From an uncultured Acidobacteriota bacterium (GTDB lineage: Bacteria > Acidobacteriota > Vicinamibacteria > Vicinamibacterales > 2-12-FULL-66-21): a DNA stretch of 64,000 bases. Position numbers and translations under genes: made by a program. Shown in pieces: positions 18,268-27,661 of this stretch (the first letter of the stretch is position 1; every line of letters starts with the position of its first letter). The notes below the pieces were generated by a model. It was not told where the DNA came from. It ran no database searches and worked only from the letters and a program-made list of their open reading frames with translations. Location of the stretch: positions 140,603 to 204,602 of the forward strand of contig CAWEMY010000019.1 in assembly GCA_963810305.1 (NCBI GenBank), in the 5' to 3' direction.

Positions 18268-18880
18268 GCTTCATCTCCTCCGCCAGCCGGACCAGCGCTC
18301 GTTGAGCCGCCTTGCGCGCCGCGTCTGGTGTCGGTTTGCCCAGCGCCTCGGCAAGCTCCTCGTAGGTGTAGCCCATCTCGACCCGCGCAATGATGGCTTC
18401 ACGTTCCTCCGCCTTCAGCCGAGCGAGCGCCTGCTCATAGCGCTCAACGGCCTCACGACCAATGGCTTGTTCGAGCGGCGACTCAGCGCTGTCGACCTCG
18501 ATGTCGTCAAGGTCGGTGCCATCGGGCCGCCGGCCCTTCCGCCGTAACTCCTCCCGTATGCGATTGAGGACCGCCTGTCGCAGATACGCCTGAAGCGCAC
18601 CGACACGTCGGGGTTCGAAGTCTCCGATCCTCTTAAACGTACCAAGCAGGGTCTCCTGGACAAGGTCCTCGGTGTCGGAGATATCCCGCGCCCACTTTGG
18701 CAGCCTGCCGCTCGCCCATCGCTGAAGAGGCTTCCGATGCCGGGCGAAGAGCTGTTCGAGAGCCTCTGAGTCACCGGCGCGGGCTCGGGCAATCAGGCTG
18801 AAGGTCGACTCGACATCGCTGGATGCCCCAGATGAGTCGGTGTCAGGTCGCCGGCAAGAGGGACGGCTGTCTTCGGCCAT
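18245..18880 (-). CDS. ECF-type RNA polymerase sigma factor
   Basis: Sigma-2 region 'TEDLVQETLLGTFKRIGDFEPR' and sigma-4 region 'EREAIIARVEMGYTYEELAEALGKP'. Its stop overlaps the kinase start by 23 nt. Confidence 0.85.
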   Translation of the reverse strand: MAEDSRPSCRRPDTDSSGASSDVESTFSLIARARAGDSEALEQLFARHRKPLQRWASGRLPKWARDISDTEDLVQETLLGTFKRIGDFEPRRVGALQAYLRQAVLNRIREELRRKGRRPDGTDLDDIEVDSAESPLEQAIGREAVERYEQALARLKAEEREAIIARVEMGYTYEELAEALGKPTPDAARKAAQRALVRLAEEMKREGGPAH

Positions 18881-18988
18881 ACAAATCGCGAAGACGCGAG
18901 GCGCCCATCTTACTCCAAGCCCATTTGTCCGATCTTGCGCCGGGGACCGTTTACTGGATCAGACGCGCACATTCGTCAAGGAGAGACG

Positions 18989-21151
18989 ATGAAACGCAAT
19001 GCTGTCGTCGTCGCGTTGGCGCTCGTCGTTTGCTCTTCGGTCGAGACCCCAGCCAACGGCACTGTACACGCGCTCTTCAACCTTCATCATCCCGAGACGG
19101 GACCGTTCCCAACGGACATCTTCACAGTTGCGGATCACACCCACAACACCGGACACAGGGTGAACCTTCCGTACCCTGATTGCGCGATTCGGGTGTCCGA
19201 CTGCGACGATCTCGACGTCGTCAACACTTTGGACGGTTTCGGCCTGCAGCCGCAGCTCTCGCTTCCATTCGATGGGCCGATTGATGTCGCGACGGTCAAC
19301 AGCGATGCCATCTTTCTCATCAATCTTGGAAGTACGATCGACGACGGCGAGCGGTCCGCTCGGATCATTGGCATCAATCAAACGGTATGGGACACCTTCA
19401 CGCACACGCTGCACGTCGAGGCCGACGAGCTACTCGCCCAACATACGCGCTACGCGCTCATCGCCACTAACCGGCTTCGAGATACCGACGGGCGGCTCAT
19501 CGAGGCGAGCAAGACCTTTCGCAGGTTCCGGCAGACCGTGCGAGGGAAGTACAAGCAGGCGCTGCTCGAGGCTATTCACGCCGCGCGCCGACACGGCGTC
19601 CGCGAACATGACATTGTGACCGCCAGCGTCTTCACGACGCAGACCATCACGTCGGTGATGGAGAGAATTCGGGATCAGATCAAGGGCGGTACGCCGGACC
19701 CCGCCAATTTCCTGCTCGGTCCGATGGGCGAGCGCGCGGTCTTCAACCGTCTGGATGTGGCTAGCATTTCCTGGAGACAACACACCCGGGTCAACCCAAC
19801 TGACTTCACGACGATGTCGATCGATTTGGGGGTTCTTCAGGTCGTTCCAGGCGCGGTGGGAACGATTGCGTATGGGTCCTACGTTTCACCCGACTACAAC
19901 GTTCACCCGGGCGAATACATCCCTCCGGTCGGGACGCGCACCGGGAGTCCGCCCGTGCAAGGCTACAACGACATCTACTTCACCCTGTATCTGCCTTCTC
20001 GCCCCAGGCCGGGAGCTGGCTGGCCAATCGCCCTGATCGGCGGCGGTACGACCGGCAACCAGCATTTCACGTCTGGCAACTTCGCGTCCAAGTTGGCCGC
20101 CAATGGCATCGCCACGCTCGGCATCAACCACGCGGGGCAGGGGTTCGGACCGCTTGGCACGCTCAGGGTCAGCAGAACGGATGGTTCGTCCCTGACCATC
20201 CCCGACGCGGGCCGGGGCATCGATCAGAATGGTGACAACGTCATCACGAATACGGAAGGGAACGAGGCCGCCGCCCCTCGGTTATGGACGATCTCCTCCC
20301 GCGATTCCCACCGACAGACGGTGATCGATCTCATGCAGCTCGTGCGCGTCATCGAGCTCGGGATGGACGTCGACGGTGACTACGTGGCCGATATCGATCC
20401 GTCGCGCATCTATTTTGTCGGTGCCTCTGCGGGGTCGATGATCGGCACGATCTTCATGGCTCTGGATCCGAGTGTGCTCGTAGGCGTCGCCGCCGCATCG
20501 CCCGGCGTGATTCCCGAGCACGCGCGATGGCAACCGAACCGCCGGCCGCAGATCGGATTCATCCTCCAGGCGCGAACGCCGTCGCTGATCAACTCACCTG
20601 GATTGACCGAGATCGACGGCGTTCCCGTCGGTGGCCCCCATTTCAACGAGAACAAGCCGCTGCGGAACCAGGCAACCGTCATCAACACCGTCCAAGGTGC
20701 GATCGAGATCCAGAAGGCGTTGGAGTTTTCGGAAATGGTATCGGAATCAGGTCTCACACCGGTGGTGTGGGCGCGCCACCTTCGAGAGGTGCCTTTGCCA
20801 GGGCTTTATCCCAAGTCCGTTATCTATCAGTTCGCAACGGGTGATCAGCAGGCAGTCAACCCAGGTACTAGCGCGCTTATGCGAGCGGGCAACCTGGAGG
20901 ATCGGACGCTCTACTACCGCCACGATCTCGCGTTCATGCAGGATCCCACCATGCCCAAAAACCCCCACCTCTTCGCTGGCTCGCCGAACCATCCCAACGC
21001 TCTGTTTCGGTCGATCTCACGCGGAGTGCAGGATCAGATCGGCGTCTTCCTCGCCTCCGGAGGCACCGTCGTCATTCATCCGGAACCCGCACACTTCTTT
21101 GAGGTTCCGATCAGAAGTCCACTTCCAGAGGACCTGAACTACATCCGCTAA
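18989..21151 (+). CDS. secreted alpha/beta-hydrolase, bacterial lipase-N-terminal-domain-like
   Basis: Signal peptide 'MKRNAVVVALALVVCSS' after AAGGAG. 'LDGFGLQPQLSLPFDGPIDVATV' resembles the extracellular-lipase N-domain. Nucleophile elbow 'GASAGS'. The ORF opens at 18935. Confidence 0.5.
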   Translation: MKRNAVVVALALVVCSSVETPANGTVHALFNLHHPETGPFPTDIFTVADHTHNTGHRVNLPYPDCAIRVSDCDDLDVVNTLDGFGLQPQLSLPFDGPIDVATVNSDAIFLINLGSTIDDGERSARIIGINQTVWDTFTHTLHVEADELLAQHTRYALIATNRLRDTDGRLIEASKTFRRFRQTVRGKYKQALLEAIHAARRHGVREHDIVTASVFTTQTITSVMERIRDQIKGGTPDPANFLLGPMGERAVFNRLDVASISWRQHTRVNPTDFTTMSIDLGVLQVVPGAVGTIAYGSYVSPDYNVHPGEYIPPVGTRTGSPPVQGYNDIYFTLYLPSRPRPGAGWPIALIGGGTTGNQHFTSGNFASKLAANGIATLGINHAGQGFGPLGTLRVSRTDGSSLTIPDAGRGIDQNGDNVITNTEGNEAAAPRLWTISSRDSHRQTVIDLMQLVRVIELGMDVDGDYVADIDPSRIYFVGASAGSMIGTIFMALDPSVLVGVAAASPGVIPEHARWQPNRRPQIGFILQARTPSLINSPGLTEIDGVPVGGPHFNENKPLRNQATVINTVQGAIEIQKALEFSEMVSESGLTPVVWARHLREVPLPGLYPKSVIYQFATGDQQAVNPGTSALMRAGNLEDRTLYYRHDLAFMQDPTMPKNPHLFAGSPNHPNALFRSISRGVQDQIGVFLASGGTVVIHPEPAHFFEVPIRSPLPEDLNYIR

Positions 21152-21220
21152 TTCGGGACGACGATTCTCTCGTCATGAGAGCCGTCCACGTCTGGTCAAT
21201 GCAGCAATACGCTGCAGGAG

Positions 21221-21715
21221 GTGCGCATGTCGAAACGAGTCCTAATTGCCATTGGTCTCGCGCTGGCACTCTCTGCCGGTCTCGCGTGGTCGACGCCTGG
21301 CTCCGGAACCACATCGATGTTGGTCGGCCGAGGCACGTTCGACGAGGGCTTCAAGGTCAAGCGGAGCCAAGACCATTGGCGGGTGGAGGTCAAGGCGACG
21401 CCCAATCTCGACGTCGCCGCGCAGATCATCGATTTCAACCCCGGCGGTCAGAGCGGCTGGCACAGCCACCCCGGTCCTGTGTTCATCTCGGTGGTGACGG
21501 GGACGATGACGTTCTACGAGTCCGACGATCCAGACTGTGAGCCGATCGTGCGCACCGCTGGCCAAGGGTTTCTCGACGTTGGCGATCACCCGCACATCGC
21601 GCGCAACGAGAGCGGCGCGCCGGCCAGGAATGTCGTCACCTACTTTGCGCCGCCGGGTGCCCCGTTGCGGTTGGACGAGCCCAACCCAGGCAACTGTCAG
21701 TTTCGCGGGTTCTGA
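21221..21715 (+). CDS. secreted cupin-domain protein
   Basis: Signal peptide plus the cupin motif 'GGQSGWHSHPGPVF'. Confidence 0.7.
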   Translation: MRMSKRVLIAIGLALALSAGLAWSTPGSGTTSMLVGRGTFDEGFKVKRSQDHWRVEVKATPNLDVAAQIIDFNPGGQSGWHSHPGPVFISVVTGTMTFYESDDPDCEPIVRTAGQGFLDVGDHPHIARNESGAPARNVVTYFAPPGAPLRLDEPNPGNCQFRGF

Positions 21716-21762
21716 CCCAGCGGATGCCCACGTCGGTCTGCCGCAGAGGAGGACGAGAGGAC

Positions 21763-22857
21763 ATGCGAACCCGGTCTCGCCATCGTCTGGCGTTGATGAG
21801 CGCAGCTGGTGCCCTCAGCCTCGGTCTCGTCTCGTGCGACAAGAGTCCGACCAGCCCCTCGCCGGGCCCCTCTGCCCCGCCGAGCGCGTTCGTTCGACTT
21901 GAACTTGTTGCGCCTCAAGAAATCGCCCCCGGCGAGTCCGTTCAGCTGACTGCGCGTGCCGTCAAGTCCGACGGCTCCGTCGAAAACGTGACCGGCCGGG
22001 TGGAATGGACGGTTCGCTCAGACGCAGGCAGCTCAGTGCTGTCAGTGACGGCAACGGGCCTCGCCACGGGCGGAGAGCGGGGAGAAGGAGTGGTGGCGGC
22101 TCGCTTCGACGGACGGACGGATCAGGCGACGATAGTCGTCCTCCCTAAAGGTACCTTCCGCCTCGCGGGCACTGTCTCGGAGAACGGTATCGGACTAGAG
22201 AGGGCTGCGGTAACCGTAATCTCCGGAGTCGGAGAAGGTCTTGTAGCGCCCACCGACGCCCGCGGTTACTACGCGCTTTACGGTGTTGCGGGACAGGTGG
22301 AGGTGCGGGCGACCGGAGATGGCTATCTCGATAGGACCCAACAGATCAACGTCACCAGCCATGGTTCCCACTCGTTTGAGATGGTGGCCAGCCGACCGAG
22401 AATCGACCTTAGCGGAACGTACACGCTGACCGTCAGCGCAGAGAGCACTAGCGGTCCCTGCCAGCCCGGGTTTCCGGAGCCGCTCAAGCGCCGCATCTAT
22501 ACCGCAACTGTTAAACAGACGGGGGCCGACTTGAGTGTGTCTCTCTCAGGAGTCGATTTCGTGATCGCTCGTGACGGTAGCGGGAACAGCTTTCGTGGCG
22601 TTGTCGCAGCGACGGGCGAGGCCAGGTTCTCGATCAGGCCGGCGACCGTCTGGGACTACGACGGTCCTGACGTCGTGGAACAGTTGAGTGACGGCACAGC
22701 GCTATGCGTGGCGGGAAGCATTACCGCCAGAAGCACGCCGACAGGCATTTTCGGCACCGTCGATCGGTCAAGGGGCGCGACGATCTACCGGTGTTCAGGT
22801 TCGTACATCAGCCATTCGGGTTGCTCGATCGAGCGTTTCGAAATGGTGCGGCGTTGA
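21763..22857 (+). CDS. lipoprotein with Ig-like (Big_2-type) and CarboxypepD_reg-like domains
   Basis: Lipobox 'LGLVSC'. 'IAPGESVQLTARAVKSDGSVENVT' is Big_2-like. 'GTVSENGIGLERAAVTV...TDARGYYALYGV' is CarboxypepD_reg-like. The ORF opens at 21724. Confidence 0.6.
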   Translation: MRTRSRHRLALMSAAGALSLGLVSCDKSPTSPSPGPSAPPSAFVRLELVAPQEIAPGESVQLTARAVKSDGSVENVTGRVEWTVRSDAGSSVLSVTATGLATGGERGEGVVAARFDGRTDQATIVVLPKGTFRLAGTVSENGIGLERAAVTVISGVGEGLVAPTDARGYYALYGVAGQVEVRATGDGYLDRTQQINVTSHGSHSFEMVASRPRIDLSGTYTLTVSAESTSGPCQPGFPEPLKRRIYTATVKQTGADLSVSLSGVDFVIARDGSGNSFRGVVAATGEARFSIRPATVWDYDGPDVVEQLSDGTALCVAGSITARSTPTGIFGTVDRSRGATIYRCSGSYISHSGCSIERFEMVRR

Positions 22858-23072
22858 CTCGGCACACTCCGGATCGCGCGATTGTTGTTGTTCTTCTCGG
22901 TGGAATTGGCCTCTGTCAGCGGGAGGGGCTGAGGCGTTAGGCTACCTTGGCGCGATACGCGCCGGCATTGTTCTCCGCCCTCAGCCGCTGGAGCGCCCGC
23001 TCGTAGCACTCAACCGAATCTCGGTCCAGTCGGTGGTCGCCCGTGCTGGGTGATGCTCGGCATCCGATGTCC

Positions 23073-24239
23073 TCACGACGGGGCGTGGAAGTTACCCTGC
23101 ACCACCGTCCCAACCCCGTGGTCGATCAAGGTGCCGCTTCCGCCCGCGATCGTCGTGTTTTTGGCGACCGCGCCAATTTCCACCGTGGCGACCGTCGGCG
23201 CGAACTGCTGAACATTGTTGCCTTGGAACTTCGTTGCGGACGGATTCCCGTCGGTGCCAGTCGGCTTGTCGAGTGGGAAGTCCGAGAAGATCACCGAGAT
23301 CGCGGCCCGACCGCGTCCCTTGATTCGATTCGCCCGGATCTCGTTGTCGTTCGCTGACCCCTGGACCTGGACGCCGGCGCTCTGCTGGCCGGGCAGCTTG
23401 CCGGGCGGCACTGACGCCACAATCTCGTTCTGACTGATTACGGCCTTCTTCGTGCCGCCGAGCCGCACAACGGCGGCGTTCTCGAAGCCGCAGTCGAGCT
23501 GATTCTTCTCTACCAGGTACTCCCCCGATCCGATCAAACGCAGGGCATCGACAAACTGGCCTGGCAAGCCACTCCGCCCCACCGTACCCGTCTCAACGAC
23601 GTTCCGTTCGACGCGCGCCGGACCCTTGACATCCCTCAGGTCCATCCCATGCGATGTGGTGCCGGTGATCCGGTTGTCGGCGATCAGCAGGTGGTCTGCC
23701 GGTCCGGTCATGATGATGCCGCCGACGCTGTCATCGGCCGTGCCGCCAAGCTGAAAGCGGTTCTCGAGAATCGAGACAGCGCCGACCGATGCGCCAGGCA
23801 GGTGGATGGCCAAGGCCGCCTTCTGAACACCGGCGGGCGTGGCGACCGCCGAGGGAGTCAAACCATCGACCTGGCATGTGGCGATTCTGACATTGCCCGC
23901 TCGCGCGACTCGTATGGCTGCGTTGTGTGGGTTCACGAAGCGAAGGCCTTCAATCGTGACATCGCCACCTGGCGCGGCAATGAGGAACACCGCCTGCTGC
24001 CCGCCTGCTGCGGCCGAACCGCCACCGACAATCGTGACACCCTGCCCCCGGATGGTCACTGAGCGGGTCACAAGGATCACCCGGCTGCCAAGCGGCCCCG
24101 GCAGACTCACATTCACGAAGTTGAAAGTGCCGTGTAGAACAAGCGTTCCACCGGCGTCGACCGCCTGCTGTACGGCGGGAACATCAACGGTGGCGTTGTT
24201 CTGACCGATTACGTCGCTCATACTGTCCTCCAGGCTCAA
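23073..24239 (-). CDS. right-handed parallel beta-helix repeat protein
   Basis: Repeated '..I.GN.I..' type turns throughout ('VTIEGLRFVNP', 'ILENRFQLGG', 'LIADNRITG', 'VISQNEIVA', 'NEIRANRIKG'). No signal peptide is evident. Confidence 0.65.
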   Translation of the reverse strand: MSLEDSMSDVIGQNNATVDVPAVQQAVDAGGTLVLHGTFNFVNVSLPGPLGSRVILVTRSVTIRGQGVTIVGGGSAAAGGQQAVFLIAAPGGDVTIEGLRFVNPHNAAIRVARAGNVRIATCQVDGLTPSAVATPAGVQKAALAIHLPGASVGAVSILENRFQLGGTADDSVGGIIMTGPADHLLIADNRITGTTSHGMDLRDVKGPARVERNVVETGTVGRSGLPGQFVDALRLIGSGEYLVEKNQLDCGFENAAVVRLGGTKKAVISQNEIVASVPPGKLPGQQSAGVQVQGSANDNEIRANRIKGRGRAAISVIFSDFPLDKPTGTDGNPSATKFQGNNVQQFAPTVATVEIGAVAKNTTIAGGSGTLIDHGVGTVVQGNFHAPS

Positions 24240-25119
24240 CCAGCGGGCTCACTGGTTCCTCGCAGCCGGCCTCACTCTAGATAAACGTGAAAAGTGCCGA
24301 ATCCGGACAGTCGCCATCTAGGCTCAGCAGGGAAGATCAGTGTCCAACTACATGCGCTGACAACGGATACCCTGCCGACGGTAGAAACTGGTAATTGGGT
24401 GAGAACCATGTAGCCCAAGCCGGGCGCACGGTTCGTCCTCGAGACGCCGATGGTCCTCGAGAATCTCCTTGGCCATCTCAGAGCCGACTGTGGTGGAAGG
24501 TCGGGGAGATGTTTCTGCTCGTGTCGAACGGAGTACGACCACGCGCGAAGTCGTCTTCAACATCGAGTACACAGTTCTGTCGAAGGGCTCCTCCGAAGTG
24601 CGGTACGGCTCGCATCGAGCATGACGGTAAGCGAAATTGAGAACCGATCGAGAAGGCAGGCTTCGACGCTGCCGACGCCAAACCGTGGACGCGCGATGTG
24701 CACTCGGTCACGTTCATTGCGACGCGGCGATAGCAGCTCACGCAGTGTGATGCGTCGTGATACGGCCGAGCTAATAAAACCGCCGCTGAATGGCCCAACT
24801 ACAATTGCGAACGGCTCTTGTACAGTTCTGACGCACCTGTGCGCGTGCCAGATGCTGAGGCGTTTCACCTGAAAAATGAAGTGTCTGCAATACTCGGCGC
24901 GGTTCGAATTCGCCGAAGTCTGAGGAGCAGACGCCGGCTCTGCGCCTGCTCCGCGGCGTCGCGCCAAGTGTTCCCGCCCATGCATACCGCCGGCATCTTA
25001 GCCGGAAGCACCGGTGAAGCATCTCCTGCTCGATGTGAAACCTCTCTCTCAGGGTCTCGCCGGGTTCGGTTGTTTGATATTCGAGGAAGCTCCGACCCGA
25101 TCGCGGAGAGGAGGACCGC

Positions 25120-26196
25120 ATGACCCGCTGCCGCCCGATCGCGTTGCTCGCCGCCTTCCTGATACTCGGCGTGAGCGCGACGCCTGGCACGATTGCCCAA
25201 AAGGCCACCGTCGAAGGCCATGCCCGCGCCGAAGACGGTGGCGCGCCGGTGCAGTTCGCGCTGGTGCGACTTGTCCGCGCCGACTCCAGCCCGTTGCCTT
25301 CAGACAGTCCACCGCAAGGGATTACGAACGCTGATGGGCGATACCGGTTCGATGGCGTGGCACCCGGACGTTATCGCGTGCAACTGCTGCGTATCGGGTT
25401 CCGACCGGTGCTGTCAGACCCAGTGCAAGTCGCGGCCGGCGAGACTGTACAGCTCGATCTCCGCGTGGCTTCGCAGCCACTGATGCTGCCGCCGGTCACG
25501 GTCACCGTCACTGCGGATGTCTGCGTGCCGGCAAAGGAACTCAAGGAACACCCACAGCTCCAGACGCTCTGGCAACAAGCGCGAGATGGAGCGTCGGTGC
25601 GCACGGAGCTCATGGCACGATTCCGCTACCACGTGTTGCAGCATGAGGAGTCATACGAACTGAAAGCCGACGGTCCCACGGCGCCGGGCACGATAGATCA
25701 GCCCTCCGTCAGCGACCCCAGGTGGGCAGTCAAGAACGCCGCGCGTAACCGGGCGCAGCGGCTCTCTCGCGGCTACTACGGTCCCAGCAACAAGTTCGGC
25801 GACGGGTTCTACGTGCCAAACGAGTTGGACGTCTTGCACGAGGACTTCCTGAAGGCGCACTGCTTCGTTCCGGCGGCCGCACGTGGCGCGGGCGAGGTGG
25901 GACTGCGTTTCCGGCCACTGCGCACGCGCCGGAACTTCCTCGACATTCTCGGCACGATCTGGCTCGACTCGGCGACGTATCTCGCGCGACGGCTCGAGCT
26001 CGAGTACGTGGACTTCGACGAGTCGCGCGGGACCGTCCGCGTGGACTTCGCCGACGTCCCGGTCGCCGGCGGCACGTTGCGGATGCCCGTCGGCGGGGCG
26101 TTCGCGATGCGGCCGTCGCGAAAGAATCCCACCAAGCGCACCGAGGGGAAGTTTACGTTCACGTACTCGGGCTTCGAGGAGGTGCCGCCGCGTTAG
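25120..26196 (+). CDS. secreted CarboxypepD_reg-like domain protein
   Basis: Signal peptide 'IALLAAFLILGVSATPG'. 'ITNADGRYRFDGVAPGRYRVQLLRIGFRP' is the typical motif. Confidence 0.6.
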   Translation: MTRCRPIALLAAFLILGVSATPGTIAQKATVEGHARAEDGGAPVQFALVRLVRADSSPLPSDSPPQGITNADGRYRFDGVAPGRYRVQLLRIGFRPVLSDPVQVAAGETVQLDLRVASQPLMLPPVTVTVTADVCVPAKELKEHPQLQTLWQQARDGASVRTELMARFRYHVLQHEESYELKADGPTAPGTIDQPSVSDPRWAVKNAARNRAQRLSRGYYGPSNKFGDGFYVPNELDVLHEDFLKAHCFVPAAARGAGEVGLRFRPLRTRRNFLDILGTIWLDSATYLARRLELEYVDFDESRGTVRVDFADVPVAGGTLRMPVGGAFAMRPSRKNPTKRTEGKFTFTYSGFEEVPPR

Positions 26197-26230
26197 GTTC
26201 ACGGGATCCGGTTGTGCGCCCCGCAACCAA
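26196..26230 (+). repeat. partial tRNA-fMet 3'-half copy (att-like direct repeat)
   Basis: 'ggttcacgggatccggttgtgcgccccgcaaccaa' versus the tRNA 'ggttcaaatcctgcccccgcaaccaa'. The last 12 nt are identical. Confidence 0.6.
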
Positions 26231-26239
26231 ATTTCGGTA

Positions 26240-26270
26240 GAGGCCGCCTTCAGGCGGCCTCTTCGTTTTC
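26240..26270 (+). terminator. GC hairpin plus T-rich tail
   Basis: gaggccgcc-ttca-ggcggcctc followed by 'ttcgttttc'. The same hairpin sequence recurs at 34003. Confidence 0.55.
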
Positions 26271-26275
26271 TGGCA

Positions 26276-26480
26276 GTCAGTATCGCCGCCAGATTTCCTT
26301 TCAGCTCGACTTGAAGTTCGCCCTGGCTCGGCGTCAGGACGATGGCGTCGATGAGGTCACGAAGCGCCCCAGAGGATTTCGAGCGGTCGGCGAGCGCCTC
26401 GTGCGCGGCTTTCAGATTGACCAGGGGTCTGAACCGGCGCGAGCCCAGGTCGAAGGCAGACGGATCGCGCGTATCCTGCG
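26276..26480 (-). pseudogene. second C-terminal remnant of a large serine recombinase
   Basis: The reverse-strand translation '...FRPLVNLKAAHEALADRSKSSGALRDLIDAIVLTPSQGELQVELKGNLAAILTAR' is homologous to the remnant at 15.2 kb. A 38-nt block at 26272-26309 matches 15229-15266 at 35/38 positions. Confidence 0.6.
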
Positions 26481-26606
26481 CCAGACACGCGTAGGATCGT
26501 TCCGACGCGGGTTCTCGAGCTCCAGACGAACACCGTCAGCGGAATACGACGAAGGGCGCCACAGCGTGAACTGTCGTGCCCTCGGTCGCTGTCCGTGGCC
26601 GCTACA

Positions 26607-27257
26607 TCAACCTCGTTGCCTGAGACGGAACGACCGAAGAGTGAAACCTACCGCCAGCGAGAGCAACCCGGCCAATCCCATCGCCGGAAGGGGGCTCGCC
26701 GTCTTCGGCAGCTTCTTTGGAGCCTCTGGGGCTGGTGCAGGCATCGGCGCCGGTGCCTGTGCCTGTGGGGCCGGCGTCGGCCGCGGTTCGGCCGCCCGCG
26801 GGGCGGGCTCAGGGGCAGGTTGTGCAGCCGGGCGAGGAATAACGACCGGCACCAGCTTCGCCGTCAGCACGTCGAGTTCACGAAGATTGTCCGGATCCTT
26901 GTCGGTCTCGCTCTCGAGTCTGCCGCCGATCTCCACCCAGTGGCCGAGCATCGCGTCGGTCATGTTGGCCTTCTCCGGGTTATCGAGCGTCAGGGCATCG
27001 GCACCGGGGTCAGCCGTGCAGTTCGCCTCTGGCACGCTGGCAACGGGCCCTCTTCGGGGGCGCGCCAACGTGTACTTGTCCTTCTTTCCGCCGCGCACCG
27101 CATCGCCGCGAACCAGACATCCCACCGCCGTAACCTGCCCGCTTTGATTCTGCGGCAGGAGGCTCCCATCCCGTCGCTGCGCGTAGGCGGGTCCGACCGT
27201 CACCAGACTGACTCCGAAGACAAAGACCGTTGCTCGATGGACATACTTAAGGGTCAT
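26607..27257 (-). CDS. secreted protein with Pro/Ala-rich linker and sortase-type C-terminal sorting signal (LPKTAS-TM-basic tail)
   Basis: Start at the ATG at 27257 after CAGGAGG. Signal peptide 'ATVFVFGVSLVTVGPAYA'. C-terminus 'KKLPKTASPLPAMGLAGLLSLAVGFTLRSFRLRQRG'. The ORF opens at 27452. Confidence 0.6.
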   Translation of the reverse strand: MTLKYVHRATVFVFGVSLVTVGPAYAQRRDGSLLPQNQSGQVTAVGCLVRGDAVRGGKKDKYTLARPRRGPVASVPEANCTADPGADALTLDNPEKANMTDAMLGHWVEIGGRLESETDKDPDNLRELDVLTAKLVPVVIPRPAAQPAPEPAPRAAEPRPTPAPQAQAPAPMPAPAPEAPKKLPKTASPLPAMGLAGLLSLAVGFTLRSFRLRQRG

Positions 27258-27661
27258 GCGAATCCTCCTGTCGCTGCGATGAGCAACAACCGATCCGATC
27301 GTGTGACACACGGCCAACGTCCCTTCTGTCGGTGTCGCAAACCAGTGGCGCGGCGGGACTTGCGTCGCCCGTGCGACCGGAAATCGTTCAATCATCACGT
27401 CGCGCCAGTATGGGTGGGGGCAACTCGCCCACGGTATTCCGTAGAGGGACACGGCATTTCGTAGTGGCGGAGAAGAGCGACTGACGCGTCAGGGGGGATT
27501 GTGGGACCCGCGTCCGGCTGACCGAATGGCGTCCTCAGGGGCGTCGACGATGCCACGTCTCGCGCCATGGAAGAACGCGGACATCGGGCAAGCGAGCGGG
27601 TCCAACACGCCGAAACAGATGTGCCCAGGCGCCGGGGCGGAAGGTCAAGTACCTGCCGTCA

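Noticed and set aside
18881-18988. An ECF-type promoter (GGAAC-N16/17-CGTC-like) in the region between the sigma gene and the lipase-like gene.
   Set aside because: Only a GGACC with badly spaced CGTC/ACGC candidates was found. No convincing -35/-10 pair.
26212-27147. A 311-aa plus-strand ORF spanning the island junction.
   Set aside because: The translation is low-complexity and Arg/Gly/Ala-rich. It overlaps the recombinase remnant and the well-supported minus-strand LPKTAS protein gene.
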